Below are positions 30,683-40,911 of a DNA stretch of 64,000 bases, in pieces. Below the pieces are notes generated by a model. The model worked only from the letters and a program-made list of their open reading frames with translations. It did not search any database and was not told the DNA's origin. The stretch's first letter is position 1; every line of letters begins with the position of its first letter. Source of the stretch: an uncultured archaeon (GTDB taxonomy: Archaea > Asgardarchaeota > Thorarchaeia > Thorarchaeales > Thorarchaeaceae); contig CAZLEV010000005.1 in assembly GCA_964558645.1 (NCBI GenBank), positions 128,001-192,000 of the forward strand, given 5' to 3'. Both the position numbers and the translations under genes were made by a program.

Positions 30683-32116
30683 CTGAAACCAGGAACGACC
30701 ACCTTAGTTGCGCTCACGGTAGCATTACTGATTGCCTCACAGACATGTATCACAACGAATCAACCGCCTGCTTTGCATTCTAGACTGAAGGATTCCCAAC
30801 CTGCATCGCATGTCAGTCACGATCCAATTATCATCCGCGATGACCAAGACTTCATAGATCAGGGCTGGCCGGGTTCTGGCACAGAGGAAGATCCCTACCT
30901 CATCGCCGGACTAGACATCACAGACAATGCGACCTGCATCTTTGTGTTCCAGACGACCGTGCACTTCACCATCCGGGACTGCATCATCTCGTCGCCCGGC
31001 GTGTCTTTAGGATTTGGTGTGCATCTTGTGGATGTCCAGCACGGATCCATAGAGAGCTGCATTGTCAGCCACCATGCTATCGGTATCTTCCTCATGGTCT
31101 GCACCGATTGTGTCCTGAGGAACAATACAGTGAGCCAGTGCGAGAGAGGAATGGAACTGCAGGGTTTGGAAGACTGCACGGTGAGTGGTAATAGCATCAT
31201 GGAAAATGATGTCAACGGCATGGTCATCTTCGAGTCGTCTGCCTGCACAATCACGAACAACACAGCCAGCGAGAACGAGAGGGGATTTGGTCTGACTGGC
31301 TCAGACAGAATACTCCTGACAGACAACATTGCCATCCGCAACAACAGGAATGGGTTCCGGATTACTGGGATTCTACGACAGGGCTCCGTAGTCACCTCGG
31401 ATGACTGCATTCTGAGTAACAACACGGCCATTGCAAACACAGAAAGCGGGTTCCTGTTAGATTACACAAGGAACTGCACGCTTGTAGAGAACACAGCAGA
31501 ACAGAACCAGTACGGTGTCTACCTGTCAGAAGCGTCTCGCAGTAGCCTGGTCTACCTGAACAGCATGTTCAACAATACGATCAACGGATTTGACAATGGC
31601 ACCCTGAACCGGTGGGATAATGGAACCCACGGAAACTATTGGAGCGACTACAGTGGAAGAGGGGCATACACCGTACCGGGACCGGCTCAGAGCACTGACG
31701 ACCATCCCTTTGTCTACGGACTCGTTCCACCCCAGATAGATCAGCCCCCCGATGTGGAATACGAGGTTGGGAGCACGGGAAACTCGATCCAATGGCATAT
31801 TTCGGGTTCCCATCCTGACTCGTATGACCTCTTCCTGAATGGCACCCTCATAGAGTCTGGCGAATGGGAGGAGAACAACTTCACCGTTGATGTCGATGGG
31901 CGGGATGCGGGAGTGTACAATTACACATTGGTGGTCCGGGATATCACCGGAAACACTGCGCGGGACACTGTGATGGTCGTCGTCAAGCCCTCTGCGCTCC
32001 CAGACAATCCATTCCTGCATCCGGTGGCACTCTTCATAACACTGCTCGGAGCCTCTATTGCCGCAGTCTTTGGAGGGCTTCTGGTTCGCCACAGGCTCAG
32101 TCGTCATTCTACATAG
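30683..32116 (+). CDS. NosD/right-handed beta-helix surface protein, copy A
   Basis: GSGTEEDPY.I, NN/GN beta-helix repeats, GNYWSDY, Ig-like domain, C-terminal TM; signal peptide in frame from CTG 30683. Confidence 0.85.
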   Translation: MKPGTTTLVALTVALLIASQTCITTNQPPALHSRLKDSQPASHVSHDPIIIRDDQDFIDQGWPGSGTEEDPYLIAGLDITDNATCIFVFQTTVHFTIRDCIISSPGVSLGFGVHLVDVQHGSIESCIVSHHAIGIFLMVCTDCVLRNNTVSQCERGMELQGLEDCTVSGNSIMENDVNGMVIFESSACTITNNTASENERGFGLTGSDRILLTDNIAIRNNRNGFRITGILRQGSVVTSDDCILSNNTAIANTESGFLLDYTRNCTLVENTAEQNQYGVYLSEASRSSLVYLNSMFNNTINGFDNGTLNRWDNGTHGNYWSDYSGRGAYTVPGPAQSTDDHPFVYGLVPPQIDQPPDVEYEVGSTGNSIQWHISGSHPDSYDLFLNGTLIESGEWEENNFTVDVDGRDAGVYNYTLVVRDITGNTARDTVMVVVKPSALPDNPFLHPVALFITLLGASIAAVFGGLLVRHRLSRHST

Positions 32117-32173
32117 GTCCTCTTCGCTCAGAGTACTCTTAAAGAAATAAGAAGTTCAGACACTCCGAGAATT

Positions 32174-32203
32174 CTACCCAGTCAGACGGTATCTGTGCCT
32201 GCC
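32174..32203 (-). repeat. Displaced nrdD 3'-end copy 2
   Basis: ctacccagtcagacggtatctgtgcctgcc; reads GRHRYRLTG*. Confidence 0.9.
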
Positions 32204-32329
32204 CGGGATCACAGCACGGCGTACCCATCTACGTTTTCCACAACAAAAGAAAAGGGAGGAAGATGGGAATCCAATATCTCCAGCTCAGGAGATGGGAGGG
32301 CCATCGAAGTCAGCACCGATGATGTCACG

Positions 32330-32427
32330 CTACCGGTTCTGCATCGTCTCGTCTGCCAACACACTCTCACGGATCATCTTCTGGCAGTACGTGCACTTGT
32401 ACCAATGAACGCCATTGTCGTCAACAG
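32330..32427 (-). pseudogene. 5'-truncated copy of the small zinc-ribbon gene at 41068..41223
   Basis: DDNGVHWYKCTYCQKMIRESVLADETMQNR* without the N-terminal HKDC half. Confidence 0.75.
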
Positions 32428-32786
32428 AGTGGAAGAAAGGGCTCGTCAACCACGAATATGTAATGAGGATAATTGAGGAGCTGATTCCAAGAATCATCTT
32501 CACAGAACAGGGAGAGGAAGGGATCGTCGACCTGTTGGATCGCAAAGTGGAGTATCAACGGAAACAAACCTCTGCAGACCCGATCGAGCAGGCCGACCTT
32601 GCGGAGGTTCTTGTGTAATACGCTCAGGCCCTGTTGAAAGACGAGAAATCTTCTGCAGCAAGGGACCATGGGGAAGAAGCAATCAGTATCTACGAGAAGC
32701 AACTAGAGAAATGGGGGAGTGAAAATATACGACTGGAACTTGAAACAGCGAAAGAATTCTTGAAAGATTTGAAAGAGAGAGAATAG
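32428..32786 (+). pseudogene. C-terminal remnant of a TPR-like helical protein
   Basis: ...LAEVLV*YAQALLK...EEAISIYEKQLEKW...KERE*; in-frame TAA at 32616. Confidence 0.65.
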
Positions 32787-32875
32787 CAGCTATATGGCAC
32801 ACTCACTTTTCTCTGATTGTTTGTATTGTTTCATCAAATTAGGTTCAGGCGTGTGTCCCAAAATAAAGGTTAGCC

Positions 32876-32902
32876 TTATAAACAACTTACTCTAATTATA
32901 AA
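32876..32902 (+). promoter_or_regulatory. Candidate archaeal TATA box(es) for 32937 operon
   Basis: TTATAAA at 32876 and TTATAAA at ~32897 in an AT-rich gap upstream of the start. Confidence 0.45.
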
Positions 32903-32936
32903 TGAGGGTTTCAATAACCGTCAGGAGTGTAGTAAT

Positions 32937-33602
32937 TTGGGAAGAAGAGTCAGATTATGCTTAGTTATGATTGCAGTTACCATTCTAGCATCGAATGTTT
33001 CTGATGTTTCAGCGCTATGGTTAGGTAATGCTACCGCACCTTACGACGATTCGGATACCTATGAAACCACACCCGGTGAATACCATACTGTGGATGGTGA
33101 CGCAATATCAGGAATATGTGAAATTCAAGTGGATCCAAAGGTTTGGCCCCTTTGGTATGGTAAAGGACTCTACGGAGAGGCGTGGATTGCTGAAGATGTA
33201 GAAATGTCTGAAACTATTACATCTACGTGGTATTTCACAGCTCAATGGGATATCGACTTTCGATTGAATTGTGGATGGGGTGGCAAAGTAAAAATTGAGG
33301 TCCGCTTTCTTGTCATGGATGCAAACGGGGATGAAAAACAATCCAAGAGCGCATGGTCATACACATTCACAGGCCCTGCTTTTAGCTGGGATGATTACGA
33401 GAATGTCATTACAGATGATAGCGAGACTGAGGCTTTCAGCTGTTATCTGTATAGCGGTTACACATACAAATTCGCTGTTGTCTTAAGAGTCACTGTAATG
33501 AACGACTCCGGTGCAATAGATGTAAACGCTCGAACCGATCATTACGCCCCTGCCGAACTCACGGTCGATCAGATCACATGGTCAGAAACCCCTCCAGACT
33601 AG
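32937..33602 (+). CDS. Secreted acidic beta-rich protein of unknown function
   Basis: Signal peptide (…VSA|LW), no C-terminal anchor; AGGAG upstream of TTG. Confidence 0.8.
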   Translation: MGRRVRLCLVMIAVTILASNVSDVSALWLGNATAPYDDSDTYETTPGEYHTVDGDAISGICEIQVDPKVWPLWYGKGLYGEAWIAEDVEMSETITSTWYFTAQWDIDFRLNCGWGGKVKIEVRFLVMDANGDEKQSKSAWSYTFTGPAFSWDDYENVITDDSETEAFSCYLYSGYTYKFAVVLRVTVMNDSGAIDVNARTDHYAPAELTVDQITWSETPPD

Positions 33603-33606
33603 TTAA

Positions 33607-33655
33607 AAGGGATATAGTTCTTTTCAATGGAAAGGAACTATTCCTTCTTCTTATT
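33607..33655 (+). terminator. Hairpin between secreted protein and ABC genes
   Basis: atagttc-ttttc-aatg-gaaag-gaactat inverted repeat followed by pyrimidine tract. Confidence 0.6.
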
Positions 33656-33688
33656 TCCAAGGTGCAAAGAAAGCGGTGATGGCATATA

Positions 33689-34669
33689 ATGAATAAACGA
33701 GAAAGGAGGAATAGTGATTCTCTACTCAAGCTCAAAGACCTATCTAAGACCTATCGAAACATAACTCTCGATGGCTTCATCCCAAGACACAAACAGGTAC
33801 GCGCGCTTGTGAGCGTGTCTGGTTCCTTTGAGGGCGGCATTCTTGGGCTAGTGGGGCCGAATGGTGCAGGGAAAACTACACTAATCAAGATAATTGCGGG
33901 GTTGTTGCATCAATCTTCTGGTAATCTTGAAGTCCTCGGTTATGACCCGTGGTCCGAATCGACAACAATGAAGGTAGAAATGGGATTCCTTCTTGAAGAA
34001 CCACAATACCCCCCGCTGAGCGGGCGGAAATACCTGAAGTATATATGTGAAATAAGAGGGTTTGACGGAAGCTCGGCTGAGAAGGAAACAGAGAGTCTCT
34101 TGGACCAGGTTGGGTTGTCGGGGGCCCAAAACAGAAAAATCTCAACGTATTCAGCAGGAATGCGTAGACGTCTGGGTCTTGCAGTAGCGCTGGTTGGATT
34201 GCCACGATTTGTGGTTCTGGATGAGCCAACAAAGTCTCTTGACCCTGATGGGCGAAGACTGTTCATGGAAACAGTGAATCAATATTACAAGGAGCACAAC
34301 ACTAGTTTTCTCATCTCAAGTCATATCCTGGCTGACTTGGAGCGGATCTGCACGAACGCATGGATCATCTCAGAAGGGGAGATCATAGCAGCTGGGACCA
34401 TGGCCGAGATTGCTGAGATGAAACGACCGACCAGATTTCTGATAGAGGTGGACAAACCGGAGGTGCTCTACGAGTATCTCCAGACGAATGGCTCTCTTAA
34501 AGAAGTAACAAGGGATGGACATCGATTGTATGTCAGGGGTGAGGAGAAAACCCTCTTCGATCTGATATCGAGGGGAGTACACCACCATGGACTAACTATG
34601 CAGAGATTTGAACCTGCAAAAGGAGAACTAGAGCGAATCATGTTCGGAGAAGATGATGGTGATGACTGA
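33689..34669 (+). CDS. ABC transporter ATP-binding protein
   Basis: GPNGAGKTT, YSAGM, VLDEPT, SSH. Confidence 0.95.
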   Translation: MNKRERRNSDSLLKLKDLSKTYRNITLDGFIPRHKQVRALVSVSGSFEGGILGLVGPNGAGKTTLIKIIAGLLHQSSGNLEVLGYDPWSESTTMKVEMGFLLEEPQYPPLSGRKYLKYICEIRGFDGSSAEKETESLLDQVGLSGAQNRKISTYSAGMRRRLGLAVALVGLPRFVVLDEPTKSLDPDGRRLFMETVNQYYKEHNTSFLISSHILADLERICTNAWIISEGEIIAAGTMAEIAEMKRPTRFLIEVDKPEVLYEYLQTNGSLKEVTRDGHRLYVRGEEKTLFDLISRGVHHHGLTMQRFEPAKGELERIMFGEDDGDD

Positions 34670-35549
34670 TATGAGCAATTTGAGGAGATTGGGAACAAGA
34701 CTGCGGTCGTCACTGAGATCGTTTTTAGCTCTGATGAAAATTACCCTATCTCACAGTATCAGCGGGCTGTTTCTGATAGCATTGGCCTTCATTATAGTCT
34801 GGGGCCTCTGGGACATCTTCCGGATTCTACCAGGCTTCATGCAGAACCATATAACACAGATAGCTGATTACGACATGCCAAGCGATGCTATGTACGGCCT
34901 AGCGTTCAGCATGCGGTCGATTCAGTTTTCGATTCAGAATCTTATTCTTCCGGCTCAAACCTTTGTCATATTCCATGCCCTGACCGACACAATAGAAGCG
35001 GAGGATAAGACATTGATGACTCAACCAATCAGTAGTCGAGCTCTCTCTATCGCACGGTCTCTTGCCGCCATTAGTCCTATGATTGTATGCCGCTTAGGTC
35101 TATTGGTACTAGCAATCGTAACCTATTCGATAAATATCGCATCCGTGAATCTGGATTTTTCTCTGTTGCTCATTCAGACGATGGGAATCCCGATATTCGT
35201 CTATCTAATCCATGATGTCTTCCTGTTTTCTTTGGCCTACTTGTTGGGGAAGCTACTAAGGAACCCGATTCTTGGAGCGGTGGCAGCATATATGATGTTC
35301 TTCCCCTCCCCTCTTTCCAATTACTTGGATACGATACCTGTAGAAGGAGCTGGACTTAGACATTCTGAGTTCCTTGTGCTGTATGTGTTCTATCAGCCCA
35401 TATTCAACGCGAGATACGCAAGGTCGGTATGGAATTTGATGGGAGTCCCCATATCAGCACTCAGAACAGTAGTCAATATTTGGATTATTGGAGGTATATT
35501 GTTCATTGTAGTGCTTACAGAAATCCAAAGACGAATACTCTTGAGATGA
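34653..35549 (+). CDS. ABC-2 type permease
   Basis: ~6 TM, LMTQPISSR motif; overlaps ATPase stop. Confidence 0.8.
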   Translation: MMVMTDMSNLRRLGTRLRSSLRSFLALMKITLSHSISGLFLIALAFIIVWGLWDIFRILPGFMQNHITQIADYDMPSDAMYGLAFSMRSIQFSIQNLILPAQTFVIFHALTDTIEAEDKTLMTQPISSRALSIARSLAAISPMIVCRLGLLVLAIVTYSINIASVNLDFSLLLIQTMGIPIFVYLIHDVFLFSLAYLLGKLLRNPILGAVAAYMMFFPSPLSNYLDTIPVEGAGLRHSEFLVLYVFYQPIFNARYARSVWNLMGVPISALRTVVNIWIIGGILFIVVLTEIQRRILLR

Positions 35550-35552
35550 AGA

Positions 35553-36326
35553 TTGATGCAGCGTGTCAAGCTAACAGCGCGAAAAGCGTTCATACTGGCT
35601 AAGAGCACAGAGTGTTTCAAGTTCGCAAGTATCGCGGTAGCAATACTATGGATTATCAGGGCTGTTGTGTATCTCGAATTCCCCTTTGAGGGCTCATCCC
35701 CGTATTTGGGCATTGTCCTGCAGATTGAGTTCATGCAGGGTGGGACATTCCTCATGGTCCAGCTCATATTTGCAGGTCTCTTCTACCAGCTGTTCCTCTC
35801 AGAAAAACAGAACAAGATTGAAACCACGGTATTGCAGCAACCCATTTCAAAACGGTTTCTTATTGGCACCAAGATAGTAGTTCTTTCATTGGTGATATTG
35901 CTCTTTGAGGGGGGGCTCCTGATGCAATACTGGCTCCTTTCTGCCAGCGCGGTCGACATCCTTTCAATTGGATTTGCGATGATGGTCCTCCATTTGGCTG
36001 GCTTATTTCTTGTTACTGGAATCGGTTTCCTGTTGTATGTCCTTCCTGGACGAGGAACCGAAAAAATGATAGTGCACGTGTTCATGTTGTTTTTGCTTTA
36101 CATCCCGAATGTGTTCTTGGGCTTTGAAAGCGGTGATCTATTCCATTTCTTGCTCCCCCTTTTGTCCATCTCTTTGCCTGACGCTCAGAAAGCGTTACTT
36201 GAAGCGTTTCTCATGACAAATATTAGTCCGTCTATAATGCCGCTTATTTCCAGCTTTGGATTCTTTCTGACTGCCGGGCTGGTATTTTCACTAGTCATCA
36301 GATACACTGAAACCCATGGCAAGTAG
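35553..36326 (+). CDS. ABC-2 type permease
   Basis: ~6 TM, LQQPISKR..IGTK motif. Confidence 0.8.
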   Translation: MMQRVKLTARKAFILAKSTECFKFASIAVAILWIIRAVVYLEFPFEGSSPYLGIVLQIEFMQGGTFLMVQLIFAGLFYQLFLSEKQNKIETTVLQQPISKRFLIGTKIVVLSLVILLFEGGLLMQYWLLSASAVDILSIGFAMMVLHLAGLFLVTGIGFLLYVLPGRGTEKMIVHVFMLFLLYIPNVFLGFESGDLFHFLLPLLSISLPDAQKALLEAFLMTNISPSIMPLISSFGFFLTAGLVFSLVIRYTETHGK

Positions 36327-36367
36327 GAAGCAATCAGCATCTACGAGAAGCCAACTGGAGAAATAGG
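36327..36367 (+). repeat. Second fragment of the TPR-like remnant (repeat of 32676..32715)
   Basis: gaagcaatcagcatctacgagaagccaactggagaaatagg vs gaagcaatcagtatctacgagaagc-aactagagaaatggg. Confidence 0.85.
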
Positions 36368-36380
36368 ATGATGACGGTAC

Positions 36381-36536
36381 GCGAATGGAAAGGCTGAACG
36401 ATGATCATTCTTGAGACGACTTCATAGAGGAGATACTACGAAAGGAACAGAAAGAGAAGGAGGAGGGTCGTGACCGCAGTGCGGCCGACGACTGATTCTA
36501 ACCTGTTAGACTGTATCTGTGCCTGTCGATAAACTC
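36381..36536 (-). repeat. Displaced nrdD 3'-end copy 3 plus its downstream flank/terminator (homologous to 46738..46893)
   Basis: 36498..36536 reads EFIDRHRYSLTG* with mostly synonymous changes; ungapped similarity at offset 10357 extends across the hairpin. Confidence 0.9.
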
Positions 36537-36590
36537 CGGTCATTCGGACTGGTAGCGCCTAACGTTGCTACTGTGATCCCTATGACAGCA

Positions 36591-37559
36591 TTATATCTCG
36601 CGCCTCTTGTAGAAGACCACGAGAGCCACGATGCCAACCGCTACTCCAGTTCCCAAGATGAGCATAGATAGATAGTCCTGGCTAGAGGGATCGCCTTCTC
36701 CAATAAGGACCTGCCGTTGCATCTGTATCAGGTTCCCGTCGAATGCTACTGAGAATACAGTGGTTATAGTCAAATCATACCATGCATATTCTATGGGACG
36801 ATTATTCTTCATCATCCAGAGCCTGTATGTGGCCTCCGTCCTAAGTTCCCAGTGCAGTCTTGCAAGCATGCTGTCTGCATCGGAGTGCCGCCACAGAACG
36901 GCACTGAGGGGTGAATCAGAAAACCAGAAGGAGTGTCCAGTATAGTTGCTGCTCCAGAGAAGGACAAACACTGGGGGCCAGTTTTCTCTGACTGGTTCCT
37001 CCCAGCTGATGACATTCAGATTCCGTGTCAGATTCTCTCGAATCACGCAGGAGAGAGCCGTCTTCAGTGTGTCAACGTACTGTATCCCTGAGAAGACTTG
37101 CATCGAGTCAACTATGTCGGGATGGGGCCAGTTGTCAGTTGAGTTCGGGCCATAGTGTGAACTGAAGAGGGCTTGTGTGAAACAGGACTCGTTCATAGCA
37201 ACAAAGGCGTCGAATCGGGTGAAAGGATAGGTCGTGGTGCCGTTGGCCTCCTGCTCCTCCTGCACCTCGGTATGTTGGAGGAACAGAAGGGACTGATTGT
37301 ACTGCCCCATCAGCTCACTCGCGGTCTGATTGGAGAGGAGATGAGGACTGTACGTCTCTGCATGACCCCATACGTCCAGTCCCAAGAACAGGACCTCGTG
37401 GTCTTCGACGGTCAGGGTAACATTGTGGGGAGGACTACCCTCGGCGGGAATGTGAGGCCAATCCCAAGCATACGTTGGGTACATTGCCCCACGTTTCCCT
37501 GAAACAACGGCTCCCAGTGTTAGGAGAAGGATGAATATCGCCACGAGCTCCTGTCGCAT
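36591..37559 (-). CDS. Secreted, C-terminally anchored partner protein, copy B
   Basis: Diverged paralogue of 28069..28983; ATG 37559 after GAGGTG. Confidence 0.8.
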   Translation of the reverse strand: MRQELVAIFILLLTLGAVVSGKRGAMYPTYAWDWPHIPAEGSPPHNVTLTVEDHEVLFLGLDVWGHAETYSPHLLSNQTASELMGQYNQSLLFLQHTEVQEEQEANGTTTYPFTRFDAFVAMNESCFTQALFSSHYGPNSTDNWPHPDIVDSMQVFSGIQYVDTLKTALSCVIRENLTRNLNVISWEEPVRENWPPVFVLLWSSNYTGHSFWFSDSPLSAVLWRHSDADSMLARLHWELRTEATYRLWMMKNNRPIEYAWYDLTITTVFSVAFDGNLIQMQRQVLIGEGDPSSQDYLSMLILGTGVAVGIVALVVFYKRREI

Positions 37560-37569
37560 TACTCGCACC

Positions 37570-38916
37570 TCAGTAGGTGTTGTACCAATAGTCATACAGG
37601 ACTATCCATTTCCAGTCATTCCCACTAAGTTTTCCATTTGTGTGGCTGCCATCATAGATATCCCACGTCCCGATACTATCATCTGCGCAAGAAAGGATTT
37701 TGACCGAGTTGAACACAATTCCCTTTCTGTAATAATAGCAGCCAGGATTATTGAACTCGTTCCAAGTTGCATCAATATGAATCCAGTAATCTCCGGTCCA
37801 CACCTCATTCCAGGCATGGGCCTTCGAGTTTCCCTGATTATCAGTGAAGTAACCAACCAGATATCGAGACGGCAGTCCTATCACGCGTAGAAATGAGCCA
37901 AGCACTGCAGCGTATTCATCACAGAGTCCACGCCAATTATAGTTGTACGTCCACATATCTGCGTTTGTGGTCCAAGAGGTATCGTCGTCCTTGTAATAGC
38001 TCATCAGGTTATGGACACGGAAAGACAGAATATACGCAGTGGTCGCAGGCTCGCTCCATTCGTTATCTACTAGGAAACCGGCTTGATAGACAATTGGTGG
38101 TTCTGTACACCTGTGCAGAGCATATAGAACAAATATGTTGTAACCATCGTCTGGCATACCCTCCCAGTAGTAGTCGGGGTTCTGTGACGCTGCAGTCATG
38201 CTATCGCTAGGAGGCAGGCCACCATATTTCTGCAAGTCAGCCGGACCATACCGCGCAACAAACTCATAGTCCCATTCCCAACCGCGGGATACCCAGTCCC
38301 AAGACATCCCTGGAGCCGCTTCAGGTTCCACAGTTGTTACTCCATATGGCACTATACTCCCGCTCTTGTAGTAGGCCTTGCCAGATACTTGTACCTCGGC
38401 CCGCTTCAGCCCAACAGAATAGGAGGAAGAGAGATAGCACGCCAATGAATACTCGTCAGTTGGGCCGTCAATCCTGACATTCGAGGCGGATGAATAGACC
38501 TCTCTCTGCTCACCACCATCACCATCATGGTCAAAGCCCTCGAATACGAAGTCAAGATCTGCATAGACGTAGCCGTCCATATATACGTCAAACTGAACGT
38601 AGAAATACTCGGTCCTGGTCCAAAGAGATGGGACAGTCACTACAATGGTGATGCTTCGTGCATAGGCCTCTACCGTTTCCCCTTCCAGAATGTAGAGTGT
38701 CCTCACTGAAACAACTGACCCATCCTCCAACCTAGTCATATTCGGTATTGTCAGAGGCATTTCAAAATGCTCGATATCACTCGAATTTCCATTGCCTGTT
38801 GTCCCAGATAGGGGAGATTCCATCGGTATTGGAGCCGCCTGCACCATGACAGTGAAATTGGCTCCCATCCCGAACACTATAAGAAGTAATACCAGTACTG
38901 TAAGATAATTTCCCAT
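37570..38916 (-). CDS. Secreted transglutaminase-like protein, copy B
   Basis: GLCDEYA, HAWNEV, IDAT triad; N-terminal half near-identical to copy A. Confidence 0.9.
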   Translation of the reverse strand: MGNYLTVLVLLLIVFGMGANFTVMVQAAPIPMESPLSGTTGNGNSSDIEHFEMPLTIPNMTRLEDGSVVSVRTLYILEGETVEAYARSITIVVTVPSLWTRTEYFYVQFDVYMDGYVYADLDFVFEGFDHDGDGGEQREVYSSASNVRIDGPTDEYSLACYLSSSYSVGLKRAEVQVSGKAYYKSGSIVPYGVTTVEPEAAPGMSWDWVSRGWEWDYEFVARYGPADLQKYGGLPPSDSMTAASQNPDYYWEGMPDDGYNIFVLYALHRCTEPPIVYQAGFLVDNEWSEPATTAYILSFRVHNLMSYYKDDDTSWTTNADMWTYNYNWRGLCDEYAAVLGSFLRVIGLPSRYLVGYFTDNQGNSKAHAWNEVWTGDYWIHIDATWNEFNNPGCYYYRKGIVFNSVKILSCADDSIGTWDIYDGSHTNGKLSGNDWKWIVLYDYWYNTY

Positions 38917-39420
38917 CTGAATCCACCACGAATTCGTCAAATAATATGCGGACATCTATGATAAGTCTTTCGAGGCGTCAGTCTCTGTAGAAAAATCAGT
39001 GCGATCATGGTCGTGGGGATTGTAATCGTCATCAATTCCTAGACACAGTGCTAGCAGTCCGACATTCCAAGATGGAAACAAGACTCACTTCGATACTTTA
39101 CTGTGAATTATTCTACAGAGCCGAGTCGTCATGTATAGGTCGGTCATCAACTCTGTGGTGACGGGGCAATCCCACAGCCAGCATACCGCTCTTTCCTACC
39201 TAAGAAGACGTAAAGAATATGGGCCATGTCTATAGTGCATCAGATCAATGAATCGGTTGAGAGTTGTTGCCACCCTCCAAATAGAGCAGTTGTTTCTCTG
39301 CTACTGAGTACTTGCGTCTGGAGGAAAGTTGGCGTTGTACTTATTGGGGTCTCTCCATCAGAGTTTTATGCCATCTTTTCTATCTTCAACACTAGAAAGC
39401 CGGCTTTAGGGAGAATTCAA

Positions 39421-40854
39421 TTGAAACCGGGAACGACCACCTTGGTTGCGCTCACCGTAGCGTTGTTAATTATCTCACATATCTGCATCACAACGAATCA
39501 ACCACCTACTCTGCGTTCTGGACTAAAGGATTCGCTACCGGCATCTTATGTTGACCATGATCCCATCGTCATCAACGACAACCAGGGCTTCGCAGATCAG
39601 GGCTGGCCGGGCTCCGGCACGGAGGAGGACCCCTACGTCATCTCTGGCCTGAACATCACGAGTAACGACATCTGCATTTTCATCTACGGAACGAGCATGT
39701 ATTTCATTATCCGTGATTGTGTAATCTCTTCTGCCGGCACATCCTTGGGATATGGCATCCACGTTGTGGGAGCCCAGCATGGATCCATACAGAAATGCAT
39801 CGTCAGCCACCATACTGTCGGCATCTCCATCATGGGCTGTACCGATTGTGCCTTGAAGAACAATACAGTGAGCCAGTGCGAGAGAGGAATGGACCTGCAG
39901 GGTGCCGAAGACTGTAGAGTGATTGGCAATACCGTCACGGAGAATAATGTCTACGGAGTAGTCATCGTCGAGTCGTCTGACTGCACAATCACCAACAACA
40001 CAGCCATCGAGAACAAGAGGGGATTTCTTCTGACTGGTTCAGACAGGATACTCCTGACAAACAACATTGCCACCCATAGCAATAGGATTGGGTTTCATAT
40101 CAGTGGCATCCCCCGTCATGGCTCCGTAGTCACCTCGGATGACTGCATTCTGAGTAACAACACGGCCATTGCAAACACAGAAAGCGGGTTCCTGTTAGAT
40201 TACACAAGGAACTGCACGCTTGTAGAGAACACAGCAGAACAGAACCAGTACGGTGTCTACCTGTCAGAAGCGTCTCGCAGTAGCTTGGTCTACCTGAATG
40301 CACTGTTCAATAATACCGTGAATGGATTTGACAATGGCACCCTGAACCGGTGGGATAATGGAACCCACGGCAACTACTGGGGCGACTATGATGGCACAGG
40401 CCCCTACGATGTCCCCGGGCCAGCTCAGAGCGCCGACGACCATCCCTTTGTCTACGGACTCGTTCCACCCCAGATAGACCAGCCGCCCGACGTCGAATAT
40501 GAGGTGGGGACAGCAGGACACTCGATCCAATGGAATCCCTCGACCTCGCATTCTGACTCGTATGACCTCTTCCTGAATGGCACCCTCATAGAGTCTGGCG
40601 AATGGGAGGAGAACAACTTCACCGTTGATGTCGATGGGCGGGATGCGGGAGTGTACAATTACACATTGGTGGTCCGGGATATCACCGGAAACACTGCGCG
40701 GGACACTGTGATGGTCGTCGTCAAGCCCTCTGCGCTCCCAGACAATCCATTCCTGCATCCGGTGGCACTCTTCATAACACTGCTCGGAGCCTCTATTGCC
40801 GCAGTCTTTGGAGGGCTTCTGGTTCGCCACAGGCTCAGTCGTCATTCTACATAG
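39421..40854 (+). CDS. NosD/right-handed beta-helix surface protein, copy B
   Basis: TTG 39421 after GGGAG gives a signal peptide; same architecture as copy A, identical C-terminal ~100 aa. Confidence 0.85.
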   Translation: MKPGTTTLVALTVALLIISHICITTNQPPTLRSGLKDSLPASYVDHDPIVINDNQGFADQGWPGSGTEEDPYVISGLNITSNDICIFIYGTSMYFIIRDCVISSAGTSLGYGIHVVGAQHGSIQKCIVSHHTVGISIMGCTDCALKNNTVSQCERGMDLQGAEDCRVIGNTVTENNVYGVVIVESSDCTITNNTAIENKRGFLLTGSDRILLTNNIATHSNRIGFHISGIPRHGSVVTSDDCILSNNTAIANTESGFLLDYTRNCTLVENTAEQNQYGVYLSEASRSSLVYLNALFNNTVNGFDNGTLNRWDNGTHGNYWGDYDGTGPYDVPGPAQSADDHPFVYGLVPPQIDQPPDVEYEVGTAGHSIQWNPSTSHSDSYDLFLNGTLIESGEWEENNFTVDVDGRDAGVYNYTLVVRDITGNTARDTVMVVVKPSALPDNPFLHPVALFITLLGASIAAVFGGLLVRHRLSRHST

Positions 40855-40911
40855 GTCCTCTTCGCTCAGAGTACTCTTAAAGAAATAAGAAGTTCAGACA
40901 CTCCGAGAATT

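Noticed and set aside
36571-36580. 10-bp inverted match (ctgtgatccc) to gggatcacag flanking nrdD-end copies 2 and 4
   Set aside because: Too short and absent at the other junctions; could be chance
28989-40854. Diversity-generating retroelement behind the paralogue variation
   Set aside because: No reverse transcriptase, and differences are not confined to adenines or to a short VR/TR pair
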